From Escherichia phage VEc74, in the sequence record MT932213.1: a DNA stretch of 64,000 bases; one strand, given 5' to 3'. The position numbers were made by a program, and so were the translations under genes. Below are positions 9,584 through 18,724 of this stretch, one piece after another. Position 1 is the stretch's first letter. Each line of letters opens with the position of its first letter. Under the pieces are notes generated by a model. That model saw only the letters and a program-made list of their open reading frames with translations. It was not told the DNA's origin and did not search any database.

Positions 9584-10053
9584 TTTAAACTCTTTCTAAG
9601 CTGCTTCTTAAATGAAGCTATTAACTGTGTTTTGGTGTCAGATTCATTATATTCAAATCCTCTTTGAAGCATCTCGGCCATCATTTCCTCTTTTCCTAAA
9701 CGAGAAAATTCCTTTGATTTATCTCCAACAAAGTTAGGGTGAATATTATTTTGGGTGTAATCGGATTTTAAATAAGTAAGTAAATTTTCTAACCATTCAA
9801 GATAATCAACACCTTGTCCCTTTAAGCCAGAACGATTAAATTTATGCTTCATTTGACCTTCTGCGGCATTGCAGAGATTACAAAGCAATCCACGCACCTT
9901 TCCTGCTTTTGGTCCATTTAATTCATGGTCATGGTCAAGATGATTAGCTTGAACATCAGGATTTAGTTCTCGTTGGCAAATTAAGCATTTACCGTTTTGT
10001 GCATCATAAAATTTCTGTTTTTCTTCTTTATATAATTTGCCAGTCAATAACAT
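9580..10053 (-). CDS. 49: Endonuclease VII (Holliday junction resolvase)
   Basis: 157 aa; CLICQ...HLDHDHE...CNLCN zinc/His-Cys box; matches T4 endo VII. Confidence 0.9.
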   Translation of the reverse strand: MLLTGKLYKEEKQKFYDAQNGKCLICQRELNPDVQANHLDHDHELNGPKAGKVRGLLCNLCNAAEGQMKHKFNRSGLKGQGVDYLEWLENLLTYLKSDYTQNNIHPNFVGDKSKEFSRLGKEEMMAEMLQRGFEYNESDTKTQLIASFKKQLRKSLK

Positions 10054-10094
10054 AATAAACCCTTACCTTAAATAGATAAGGGTATTTATTATTT

Positions 10095-10580
10095 TTAAGT
10101 ATTGTAAAACATTTGATGCAATCGCTTATATTGCCGAATCATTTGGTCAGAAAAAGAAATTTGAGTTTCAAGCCATTCAATGTACTCTGCGGCAGCTTGC
10201 ATTAAATTTCCTTCATAACCATCGTTATTTTCTTGTGCAGCTAATTTAGCTAATGCGTATGAAATATGTTCACCTTGAAAATCGGCTTTAGGCTTCTGAA
10301 CAACTTGATTAGTTCGCTCTACAACTTCTTCAATTTCGCCATTTTCGACTGATTCAGTATTCCACAAACACCAATACGTAATTGGTTTATCGTAGATGTT
10401 AATAATCTTTCCATCAGAAAGTTCAATTTCAATAATTCCAGTATCAGGCTCTATATCATCTTCACATTCTTTTGCAAGTTCACGAACTTTAAAGACAGTA
10501 CCTGCGCTAAGTTCCGGCCAGTAATTACATAGCCCTGTATCAGCACGATTAATTCTAAACCACTTATCTACTGTAATCAT
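10095..10580 (-). CDS. pin: Protease inhibitor Pin-like protein
   Basis: Position after gene 49 as in T4; ORF-track start (10598) is a TTG, the ATG at 10580 gives 161 aa. Confidence 0.55.
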   Translation of the reverse strand: MITVDKWFRINRADTGLCNYWPELSAGTVFKVRELAKECEDDIEPDTGIIEIELSDGKIINIYDKPITYWCLWNTESVENGEIEEVVERTNQVVQKPKADFQGEHISYALAKLAAQENNDGYEGNLMQAAAEYIEWLETQISFSDQMIRQYKRLHQMFYNT

Positions 10581-10703
10581 GTCCCATCTCCATATCAATT
10601 AAGTCATTTATCGTTGGTTCATTATATACTGTTTCTTCATCAGTGTAAACCGGTTCTTCCGGCTCTGGCTCTACAGTTTCCCATCTAGCCGCCCACCAAG
10701 GTT

Positions 10704-10889
10704 TTATAGCGTAATCCATTCTCGTACTGTCTGAGTTACTACACGTTCTCGAAGCTCAACCAGTTCAACGGTAGGAACTGCATAATACCAGTCAGAATGA
10801 TAAGAACCTGAGCGAGATTCATTTACAGCCACATGTACATTATGTTTTGGACTAAAAATAAACACACTGACGATATTGGCATTTACCAT
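10704..10889 (-). CDS. Hypothetical small protein
   Basis: ORF track. Confidence 0.3.
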   Translation of the reverse strand: MVNANIVSVFIFSPKHNVHVAVNESRSGSYHSDWYYAVPTVELVELRERVVTQTVREWITL

Positions 10890-11036
10890 CTTGCACCCAG
10901 TCTTCTATTTCGATAGGTTTAAGATAATCGGAAAAATCGAAATCATAGTTTTCTGAAAATGCATCGTGGTCTTCGATGATTTCGCTCAGAACTGCATCAA
11001 CATCTAATTTATTTTCAATAGTCATTTTTTCACCAA

Positions 11037-11246
11037 TTAATTTCGCAATTTATTAAGTTCTTCATAATCAATCCAGGATTCTAATCCTGATGGCAAATCA
11101 GATTCAATTTCCCAAAGAAGTTCTTCAATTTTATGAAGACGATCTAATTCTTCAGCTGGAATAGTAACCATTGATGGAGTTCTTGATACACTAATATCGT
11201 AAATCATATTTACCCCAGTTTGACCATACAATCGCCGTATTTCCAC
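11037..11246 (-). CDS. Hypothetical small protein
   Basis: ORF track. Confidence 0.4.
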   Translation of the reverse strand: MEIRRLYGQTGVNMIYDISVSRTPSMVTIPAEELDRLHKIEELLWEIESDLPSGLESWIDYEELNKLRN

Positions 11247-11425
11247 TTAGAAATAGACTTTTCGCCGTTAGAATAATAAACTTCGAGTTTAGCACGATTA
11301 TTTTTAATTTGAATAACCTTGGCTGTCATCAAAGTTCCATACCCATAGTAAACTGCAACTTCATCACCTACATATACCGCGCTTCCGCGATAATCATGGA
11401 TATAATCAGTTCCTTCGAGCATCAT
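11210..11425 (-). CDS. Hypothetical small protein
   Basis: ORF track. Confidence 0.4.
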   Translation of the reverse strand: MMLEGTDYIHDYRGSAVYVGDEVAVYYGYGTLMTAKVIQIKNNRAKLEVYYSNGEKSISKWKYGDCMVKLG

Positions 11426-11685
11426 TTAAAGTATTCCCGCAATTGGTCAAATCCACCAATATGACTTCCATCAGGAGCAAATACCTGGGGCATTGTCAAG
11501 CCGATTTGAGTATCACGACCTAGTTTAGTCAGAAGCTCAGCGATTTTCTCATCATCAAAAACACCTTTTTCCGGCATAATGTTGATAAATTCAAACGGCT
11601 GTTTCTTCACGGTCAAAAGACGTTTTGCATTATCGCAATACACACATTTATGAATGTTGCTATCATAACCATATACTTTAAACAT
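11422..11685 (-). CDS. nrdC: Glutaredoxin/thioredoxin (RNR electron donor)
   Basis: 87 aa; CVYC active site; matches T4 NrdC. Confidence 0.9.
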   Translation of the reverse strand: MFKVYGYDSNIHKCVYCDNAKRLLTVKKQPFEFINIMPEKGVFDDEKIAELLTKLGRDTQIGLTMPQVFAPDGSHIGGFDQLREYFK

Positions 11686-11686
11686 A

Positions 11687-11929
11687 TTATTCCTTAATTC
11701 CTAGTACTTGTTTAAAAGTCTCGTCGTAATCAAGACTTTGGCCCGTTTGTTCTTTATGTTTGTATATAATATCACTTACTTCTGATAGCATATTTTTATA
11801 TGAACGAGTTAAAGCAGATTTAAGCACGCTGTATCTATCAGGAAATTTACCATGTTCATTATAATAAGCTATTGCTAATTCACGGACTGCCTTTTCAGCA
11901 GTCTCCATATATTCTTTACGCTTGGTCAT
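11687..11929 (-). CDS. Hypothetical protein (start at internal ATG 11929)
   Basis: ORF track 11687..12070 trimmed; [23 protein letters not shown]... Confidence 0.45.
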
Positions 11930-12230
11930 TTTCTTCTCGGTCAAATCGGTGTTTACAATGGCGACATTTATAACGAAGATTATTAGTCTGCCAATGGACC
12001 AATTGCACCTGTTCAGTTCCACATTCAGGGCAATTAGGAACGTTTTTAGAAGCGCGTTCGCGGCGTTCAACCATGACCATTACAGAATCCCAATTAATAG
12101 GGCTGCTATAATCATCACAACCATGAATCTTTCCACGCATTTCCAAATCGTCTTCTTCACCAGCCATAATAATTTTAATTAGACTAGAATTACTTGAAGC
12201 TGCAATGTCTTCTAATAGACGCTTTTTCAT
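11916..12230 (-). CDS. Zinc-ribbon protein
   Basis: Two CxxC pairs (CPECGTEQ ... CRHCKH). Confidence 0.5.
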
Positions 12231-13153
12231 TTCAATACCTCAATAGCATTACGTAAACCATTTGCTTTTGCATTAAGAGCTTTTAACAATTTGGTGTGTT
12301 CTGCAATTTGGGCTTCAACTTCAATCAAACGAGCATTGAGATATTCGCGTTCTTCTTTCATAGTATCATTCCCATGATTGGATTTTGGCGTAGGTTTAAA
12401 TTCACTAGGGTCCTTTAATTTAATAACAAATTTAGTTTCAAACAGTGAAAGACCATAATTCGTATTATCATCAAAGGATTTGACTACATCCATATCAGAT
12501 AATAACACGCGCAAATTATAAGCCAAAGAACTAATAGTTTCGTTATGTTTATTAGCTTCGCGTGGTTTCATATATGGAAGATTTTTATATATCTCGTGCG
12601 GAGCACAAATGATAATTGACAATTCAAATTGTCCATTTTGGGATGATGGAGTGAATTTAGCCGTAACCCAGTCTTTTACATTCACATTAATAGTACGGTT
12701 ATCACCATGACAAAACAGTCTACGAGAATGCTTAAAAAGCATATTCACGTTATTATTGAATTCGTGTGAAAATTCACTAGCAAATTTTTCTTTACTATCT
12801 TTAGAAAACCATTCTTCTAAATAAGTTCTTTTCACGTCGTTAATAATATTAAATGTAACAACACTAGCATTTGATACATTAGTCTCAATGTAGTTTGGAT
12901 ACATAAATTTTTTAACATTATTAACAGCTATCACAGAAGATAGTAATCGGGAACGTTTGAACCACTCGAGCAAAGAACCAAGAGAATGTGAATACGCATT
13001 TTGTGTATCTTTACAAATATGGTTTTCCCATCCAATATAGTCTAAAAAATCACGAAGAATATTATTGATTACTGCTCTGTGTCCGATCTGATAATTACGG
13101 TGTTTAGTAATAAGACTGTCAAAATAATCAATATAATGTTTACGAGTTTTCAT
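12227..13153 (-). CDS. Hypothetical protein, paralog family member 1 (C-terminal coiled coil)
   Basis: 308 aa; shares N-terminal MKTR..., central ...DMDVV... segment and C-terminal amphipathic helix with the three following genes. Confidence 0.6.
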   Translation of the reverse strand: MKTRKHYIDYFDSLITKHRNYQIGHRAVINNILRDFLDYIGWENHICKDTQNAYSHSLGSLLEWFKRSRLLSSVIAVNNVKKFMYPNYIETNVSNASVVTFNIINDVKRTYLEEWFSKDSKEKFASEFSHEFNNNVNMLFKHSRRLFCHGDNRTINVNVKDWVTAKFTPSSQNGQFELSIIICAPHEIYKNLPYMKPREANKHNETISSLAYNLRVLLSDMDVVKSFDDNTNYGLSLFETKFVIKLKDPSEFKPTPKSNHGNDTMKEEREYLNARLIEVEAQIAEHTKLLKALNAKANGLRNAIEVLK

Positions 13154-13207
13154 GTTCTTCTCACTTGGTTAATGGTTTATACTCCGAGCCATCCTTGGCT
13201 TTAAATT

Positions 13208-14209
13208 TTACTTAATTAACTGTAAAGCTTGTTCAAGACGATCCAGGCGATTAACAGATTCTTCCCAAATCCTTTTAGCCTGCTCATATTCTTTCTGCGC
13301 TTTGTTAGAAATTTCTAGAACTTCTTTATAAGCTTTTTCTAGTGCAATAACTTCTGGACGAATTTCTACCGGTTCAGGTGAATCATCAAGATTATCCATT
13401 AGTTCCTCAAGGGTAGTTTCTTCTTTAGGAGTATTCACAATTTCATCACATTTTTGTTGGTAAATTTCTTTATCAGTAGGTGAATAAGCACATTTCACTT
13501 CACGAAGACTAATTACAATTTTATATCCTTCCCAGCCGCACATATTCTTAAAAGGATATGTATGAATATTTTCTACTGTTTCCATACAAAGTAATGCGGT
13601 CTCTAATTGACGAGTTATAGTGCTAGCAATTGAGAAAAATTTATTAATATTCTTTTGGTTAGCTTCTGGTGTAAAAAATCCATAATTCACAAAAATAGAT
13701 ACTTTATTTTTATCAAGTTCATATTCTTTTATGATAATCATATCAGAAGCCAAAGGATGAATTTGACGATAATCGCCATAACATAATTTAGAAGCTGATT
13801 TTAGAATTTGCTTCTTAAAAAGTCTGAAATTACTAATCCAACGACGAGTAAAAATATTCTCAGGGTCTTCTTTGACATTAAGATGATAAGAATTAACATC
13901 ACCGAACCAATTATATCCTACTACATCTTTGGTTCGTTTAATTTCTTTCCCAAAATTACCAAGAATATCCCGATTAACCAAATATGAAAGAAGACGAGAC
14001 TCTTTAAAGGTTTTCTTGATAACATCTTTATCTACACGGCTAGAAATTTTACGAATTTCATGAATAAATTTAGTAGAAGAAACAATACTTGCATCAACAC
14101 TATTGAGCCACTGATTGATAATAGAAATAACGCTATTTTGGCCAAACATCGGTATAGCTTTACCATCAATAACGCTATTGAATGATTTGATATATTCGTT
14201 ACGAGTCAT
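13208..14209 (-). CDS. Hypothetical protein, paralog family member 2 (C-terminal coiled coil)
   Basis: ORF track 13208..14260 trimmed to ATG 14209 (GAGGAG SD, own early promoter); C-terminal EYEQAKRIWEESVNRLDRLEQALQLIK. Confidence 0.6.
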   Translation of the reverse strand: MTRNEYIKSFNSVIDGKAIPMFGQNSVISIINQWLNSVDASIVSSTKFIHEIRKISSRVDKDVIKKTFKESRLLSYLVNRDILGNFGKEIKRTKDVVGYNWFGDVNSYHLNVKEDPENIFTRRWISNFRLFKKQILKSASKLCYGDYRQIHPLASDMIIIKEYELDKNKVSIFVNYGFFTPEANQKNINKFFSIASTITRQLETALLCMETVENIHTYPFKNMCGWEGYKIVISLREVKCAYSPTDKEIYQQKCDEIVNTPKEETTLEELMDNLDDSPEPVEIRPEVIALEKAYKEVLEISNKAQKEYEQAKRIWEESVNRLDRLEQALQLIK

Positions 14210-14235
14210 AATAATCTCCTCAGTAGAAAGTAAGA

Positions 14236-14268
14236 ACATTATACCACATCCTTGTGGCAAAGTAAACT
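14236..14268 (-). promoter_or_regulatory. T4-type early promoter
   Basis: minus-strand GTTTAC (plus 14262..14267) ... TATAAT ... GAGGAG SD ... ATG 14209. Confidence 0.45.
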
Positions 14269-15286
14269 AGTTCAGTGCATTTAGTGCATTGTTCAGTTTA
14301 GAACGTTGCTTTGTCAGATTTTGAACCCTTGACTGAGCTTGTTCTAACGCCTTTTCAGCTTCTAACACTTCATTGGTCGCTTTAACGAGTTCATCATCTA
14401 CTGCCTTAAGGGACTTCTCAATCGCATCCGCGTGCCATTTTTCAACAGGTTTAAGACTCGGATTTTCAATAGGAAGAAAATTCACTTTATTGAATTTCCA
14501 TGCATCTTTATTACCTGAACTATACATCCAAAATTTAGGATCATTTGACGAGTAATTAGATAAATTTAAGTTATCTTGCACTTCCTGCTTTTTCTCTTGC
14601 GGGACTTCGTCCTTTCTCAAAAAATCGTATTTAAATGAAACGATCATATCAAGTTCATATGATGTTGTATCTAACTTAAATCGTTCAAAACGAGGTAAAA
14701 TCTTAGATTGAACAGCAGCAACAACATCCATATACTTAAATGCTTCTGTCAACTGTGATTTAAGGCATTCACAAATTGAAAGAGAATTTTTTGTATTAGG
14801 TTTAAAGCTAATTCGTGCAGTTCTATTATTTTCTTTTAACGGTCTTACTTCCATCTGAAGAGTATAACCATCAAATTTCAGATTCTTTAAGTTAATATCA
14901 GAGCCTTTTAATCGACTAGCAGTAGACAAAATTTGCTTTAATTGTCTACGGAACAGAGCAATAAATCTCCATTCAATACGATAATGATTTGGATTGAAAA
15001 ATCCAGATGATAAATCGACCTTACTTTGACCAACGCCTTGAACAAATAGAGGATTTTTATAATCAATAGTTTTACAGAAATCGGTGAGCTGCTCACGAGC
15101 AGTCATTTGTGTAATATACCCCGCTTTATTAAAATGACGTAACCATTCACTGCTATTCATATATTTAAAGTGAATATCACGATTAACTTTATCAGGGTCT
15201 AAATTATTTTGGCACAAAAATGTCATAACATCACGAGTATAGCTGGCATTACGAACCATATCTTCAATTTGAGAACGAGTTTTCAT
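14267..15286 (-). CDS. Hypothetical protein, paralog family member 3 (C-terminal coiled coil)
   Basis: 339 aa; MKTR... N-terminus; C-terminal EVLEAEKALEQAQSRVQNLTKQRSKLNNALNALN. Confidence 0.6.
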   Translation of the reverse strand: MKTRSQIEDMVRNASYTRDVMTFLCQNNLDPDKVNRDIHFKYMNSSEWLRHFNKAGYITQMTAREQLTDFCKTIDYKNPLFVQGVGQSKVDLSSGFFNPNHYRIEWRFIALFRRQLKQILSTASRLKGSDINLKNLKFDGYTLQMEVRPLKENNRTARISFKPNTKNSLSICECLKSQLTEAFKYMDVVAAVQSKILPRFERFKLDTTSYELDMIVSFKYDFLRKDEVPQEKKQEVQDNLNLSNYSSNDPKFWMYSSGNKDAWKFNKVNFLPIENPSLKPVEKWHADAIEKSLKAVDDELVKATNEVLEAEKALEQAQSRVQNLTKQRSKLNNALNALN

Positions 15287-15294
15287 GGTGTTCC

Positions 15295-16209
15295 TTAAGA
15301 TTTAAGTAAATCAACAATTTTAATTAACTTTTCACGCTCAGATTTAGCTTTACTACTCAATCCGGATAGTCTGAAAATTTCATCGTCATATTGTTGAATA
15401 GAAATATTCAGCTCTTCAATTTGCTTATTAAAATAATCAATTTGTTCAGAATGTTTTTCGTTACTACGAACTGGTACAGGTTTTGTAGGCAATTTAGTTA
15501 AACTGGATTCATCCGGGCGATAAATTAAAATGCAATTTGAACCAATAGGGCATTTTGCACCAGATGAATATTCTAATGTTCCGGCTTCTTTTAAAACTTC
15601 AAAAGCTAAACAGAGATGATGCCCCATATTGACATAATCTGTAGAGTGAGCGCTGACGTAATAATCATCTCCACGAGTACTAAATTTAAAGCATTTAAGG
15701 TCTTCTGTATTATTAGTTTTAAAAATCATTTGTTTATCTAGACCTTTAGCCAATCGAGCGCCTAATGCTAATAATCGTCGTTGATTTTCCCACAAATCCG
15801 CAATCATTTGGTCGAATGATAATTTCGGCATTAGTCGACCATAAAGGTCGTATCCTTTATTATAATTGCGAAGGATTTCACTCGCATTAATACGAGACAA
15901 TGCTCCAATTTTATTAAGGGCTTTCATAATGCGATTAGATAAACTCATTCCAGACCCGTTTGTTCGCTGTAAATGTTTTTCTAATCCAAATCCAATATCA
16001 ACTTTAAATTTATCTAAAATTTCAGCATGAACATCTCTGTCAATAACATTCAAATCCAAAGTTGGGTTAAATCTATGAAAAAATTTATCTGGCTCTCCAC
16101 GACGAAATACAGTCCATTCATTCATCATTTTTTTATTAACTAAAGATTTAATTACTGCATTGACATTATTAATTACTACTGACATATTTTCCTCACTCAA
16201 TTTTACCAA
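15295..16209 (-). CDS. Hypothetical protein, paralog family member 4 (C-terminal coiled coil)
   Basis: 304 aa; C-terminal QIEELNISIQQYDDEIFRLSGLSSKAKSEREKLIKIVDLLKS. Confidence 0.55.
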   Translation of the reverse strand: MVKLSEENMSVVINNVNAVIKSLVNKKMMNEWTVFRRGEPDKFFHRFNPTLDLNVIDRDVHAEILDKFKVDIGFGLEKHLQRTNGSGMSLSNRIMKALNKIGALSRINASEILRNYNKGYDLYGRLMPKLSFDQMIADLWENQRRLLALGARLAKGLDKQMIFKTNNTEDLKCFKFSTRGDDYYVSAHSTDYVNMGHHLCLAFEVLKEAGTLEYSSGAKCPIGSNCILIYRPDESSLTKLPTKPVPVRSNEKHSEQIDYFNKQIEELNISIQQYDDEIFRLSGLSSKAKSEREKLIKIVDLLKS

Positions 16210-16594
16210 TTACGCGGAATAAGATTGAACAGACTATATAAGTACCACATATAGATTGAACTAATGCCATTCCAAAGAACCAAACAATATTATCAAACCA
16301 TGTCTGTTTTACGTCGAAAGGACGTAAACTTACAGTAATATTATCACCTTTTTCTATTGATGAATACATCTCTGGGGAAATATATTCGCTAAATCTATAA
16401 CCGTCTTTGAGTTCATATACAGCAATAAACGATAAACTAGACCCCTTTCCTTGAGTTCCTGTAAGGGTATTAACTACAGTAACATCATAATCTTTATAAT
16501 GCATATAATCATTAATAGCATAATAACCATATGCAACTACTACACATAAACAGCATATCAATAAATTCAATCTTTTAATTATCAACTGTTTCAT
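16193..16594 (-). CDS. Membrane protein (N- and C-terminal hydrophobic segments)
   Basis: LLICCLCVVVAYGYYAI and IVWFFGMALVQSICGTYIVCSILF segments. Confidence 0.5.
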   Translation of the reverse strand: MKQLIIKRLNLLICCLCVVVAYGYYAINDYMHYKDYDVTVVNTLTGTQGKGSSLSFIAVYELKDGYRFSEYISPEMYSSIEKGDNITVSLRPFDVKQTWFDNIVWFFGMALVQSICGTYIVCSILFRVIGKIE

Positions 16595-16649
16595 AATAAT
16601 CTCAATTAAAAGGGCTTAGAACCATTATACCATCCTTAGTATAAAGCGG

Positions 16650-17177
16650 TTATGCGAGTACCGTCTTTAACCGTTCTTCAAACTTCCGAAGAGTATTCTG
16701 GCGTTCAGCTCTTTGCTTTTTGTAAGTTTCGATACGCTCTGAAATGAGAGTGTATCGTTCATTTACTGATTCTTTCATAAAATCAGGAATTTCACGAGAA
16801 GCTTTAATCTCGTCAAATTTATCAATAACAGCTTGCTCTTCAGCAATTAAGTTATCATACATCAAAATATCTTTCTTGATGAACTCAATATCTTCTTGAG
16901 TTACACGAGATAATTTAGATGCTTTATCCTTTTTGTACTGTTCGTTAGTATCACGAGACCAGTGTAATGTACGATTTTTATTCGTATTTTTGTAAATTTC
17001 TACAATACCAATCTCATCAATAATAACGATCCAATTCCAACGTGATTTGTAAATTTGTCCTCCATCAACAGTGATTTCACCTCCGATTGAGATGTCATTA
17101 AAGAACTTGCTTTGTGCTTCAGATTTAAATTTACCATCGTTGTAATTTACCAGGTTGAAAATATCTTTAGCGTTCAT
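16650..17177 (-). CDS. Hypothetical protein
   Basis: 175-aa ORF directly downstream of an early promoter. Confidence 0.55.
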   Translation of the reverse strand: MNAKDIFNLVNYNDGKFKSEAQSKFFNDISIGGEITVDGGQIYKSRWNWIVIIDEIGIVEIYKNTNKNRTLHWSRDTNEQYKKDKASKLSRVTQEDIEFIKKDILMYDNLIAEEQAVIDKFDEIKASREIPDFMKESVNERYTLISERIETYKKQRAERQNTLRKFEERLKTVLA

Positions 17178-17201
17178 TTTGTGTTCCTCCGTAGTTGATA
17201 G

Positions 17202-17237
17202 TTGTATAGTACCACAGAGGAACAGTCTTGTAAACCA
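17202..17237 (-). promoter_or_regulatory. T4-type early promoter
   Basis: minus-strand GTTTAC (plus 17230..17235) and TGGTACTATAC extended -10. Confidence 0.45.
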
Positions 17238-17552
17238 CTAAAAGAAACTTCTTTCACAATTTTTTCCACTGAACCACGCGCTCACTGCTTTCTTAGTCTC
17301 AGGAGCAGTGTTATCCATAAACCATTCAAAGGCAGCCTTTTTATGATTCTGGAGGGCTTCTCGGGCTTTAATCTGTTCACGGTCTATTAACACTAACATA
17401 TGAGCCTTTCTTGTCACCATGGGCTTCTTATGATTTTTTGAATATTCCCAATCATTTGTCCATCGCATCGTTGTTGCGAATTGAAGTACAGCTTCTTTAA
17501 TCTTAGTTTCGTAAATTTCACGAGCCTTTGAGTATAACATCACTACCTCCAT
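17238..17552 (-). CDS. Hypothetical protein
   Basis: ORF track, 104 aa. Confidence 0.5.
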   Translation of the reverse strand: MEVVMLYSKAREIYETKIKEAVLQFATTMRWTNDWEYSKNHKKPMVTRKAHMLVLIDREQIKAREALQNHKKAAFEWFMDNTAPETKKAVSAWFSGKNCERSFF

Positions 17553-17641
17553 TTACCAGTTTAATTCTAGTCATCTTTTTAATGGCAGTCCATATAATCT
17601 ATTTCTGAACTGCCTTTTTGTCTTAGAAGGCCTCTTATGAA

Positions 17642-18622
17642 TTATTTCAGAAGAGTAACCTCAGCAATTTCTTCCCAACCGTTTTTGTCGGTCATAATAA
17701 AGTCAGCAAGATAAAGAGCAGTACGCAGTGAAACATTGCGTAAACGGTTAACATTGACTTTCATCCATGATAATGCTTTATAAGTTTCTTCATCAGAAAG
17801 ACCGCGCTTTTGCATCATGTCGGTTGAAAGAATAACATCTTCAACCCTGACCATAATTTCTTCATTAGTGTGAACACCCAAATCCAAATAAACTGAGCGG
17901 GACACTAATGCTTGTAAATGTGGAGCAAGTTTAGTACCACGGTCTAATTCGCGGTCAATATCAACGTTTGTGATAAAAACAATCGTTCCTTTAAATTCAA
18001 ACTCACGGTCAATGCCTTTTTCTTCTAAGTAAGAAGATGCAGTGCTCCAGCAGACTTTACGGGTCTCTCCAGTGTCCAGAGCAGCTTTCAGAAGATTAAG
18101 AATGTCCATATCAGAGAAAACATCCACATCATCAATCAAAAGGACAGAATTCTCTTCACGATTATTCCAAAGCTGCTCATAAAGACCGATACCCGAGATT
18201 TTACCATTGATGCTTTTATATTCAATGTATCCAATATCATTTGCTTTATTCAAAGCTTTATCTAAAGAATACGTTTTACCAATACCTGCTGCTCCCGAGA
18301 TAATTAATGAACGAATGTTTCCGTTAATAATACCATTCGTCATCATTCCCATAACATTAAATCTTTTATTAATGCGGGTTTTCATATCTTCATATGATTC
18401 TTTAACTTCTTCAACTTTTACACCATCATATGAAATGTCTGATTTGTAAACCCAAACACCGCGACGTTTACCATCAATTTCAACAAAAACTTTACCATCT
18501 CCTTGTGCATCTACCGGAGCATTATCTGGGAACCATTCGCCTAAGAGCTCAAAAGTTCCAGAGATTTCTTTACCGAAGTAGATACCCTTATTGATAGTTA
18601 CAGTTTTCATTTTATTCTCCAA
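17642..18622 (-). CDS. AAA+/P-loop ATPase
   Basis: Walker A ISGAAGIGKTYS and Walker B VLLIDDVD; 326 aa. Confidence 0.7.
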   Translation of the reverse strand: MENKMKTVTINKGIYFGKEISGTFELLGEWFPDNAPVDAQGDGKVFVEIDGKRRGVWVYKSDISYDGVKVEEVKESYEDMKTRINKRFNVMGMMTNGIINGNIRSLIISGAAGIGKTYSLDKALNKANDIGYIEYKSINGKISGIGLYEQLWNNREENSVLLIDDVDVFSDMDILNLLKAALDTGETRKVCWSTASSYLEEKGIDREFEFKGTIVFITNVDIDRELDRGTKLAPHLQALVSRSVYLDLGVHTNEEIMVRVEDVILSTDMMQKRGLSDEETYKALSWMKVNVNRLRNVSLRTALYLADFIMTDKNGWEEIAEVTLLK

Positions 18623-18640
18623 ATCTGTATCAGTTGATAG

Positions 18641-18676
18641 TTGTATAGTACCATAAAGCTTTATGCTTGTAAACAG
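18641..18676 (-). promoter_or_regulatory. T4-type early promoter
   Basis: minus-strand GTTTAC (plus 18669..18674), TGGTACTATAC, SD GGAGAA, ATG 18622. Confidence 0.45.
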
Positions 18677-18695
18677 TTTTGTGAAAAATTTTTGA

Positions 18696-18722
18696 AATAA
18701 AAAAAGGAGCCCGAAGGCTCCC
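18696..18722 (-). terminator. Rho-independent terminator
   Basis: ggagcc-ttcg-ggctcc hairpin followed by U7 on minus strand, directly after stop of 18725..19738. Confidence 0.55.
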
Positions 18723-18724
18723 TA

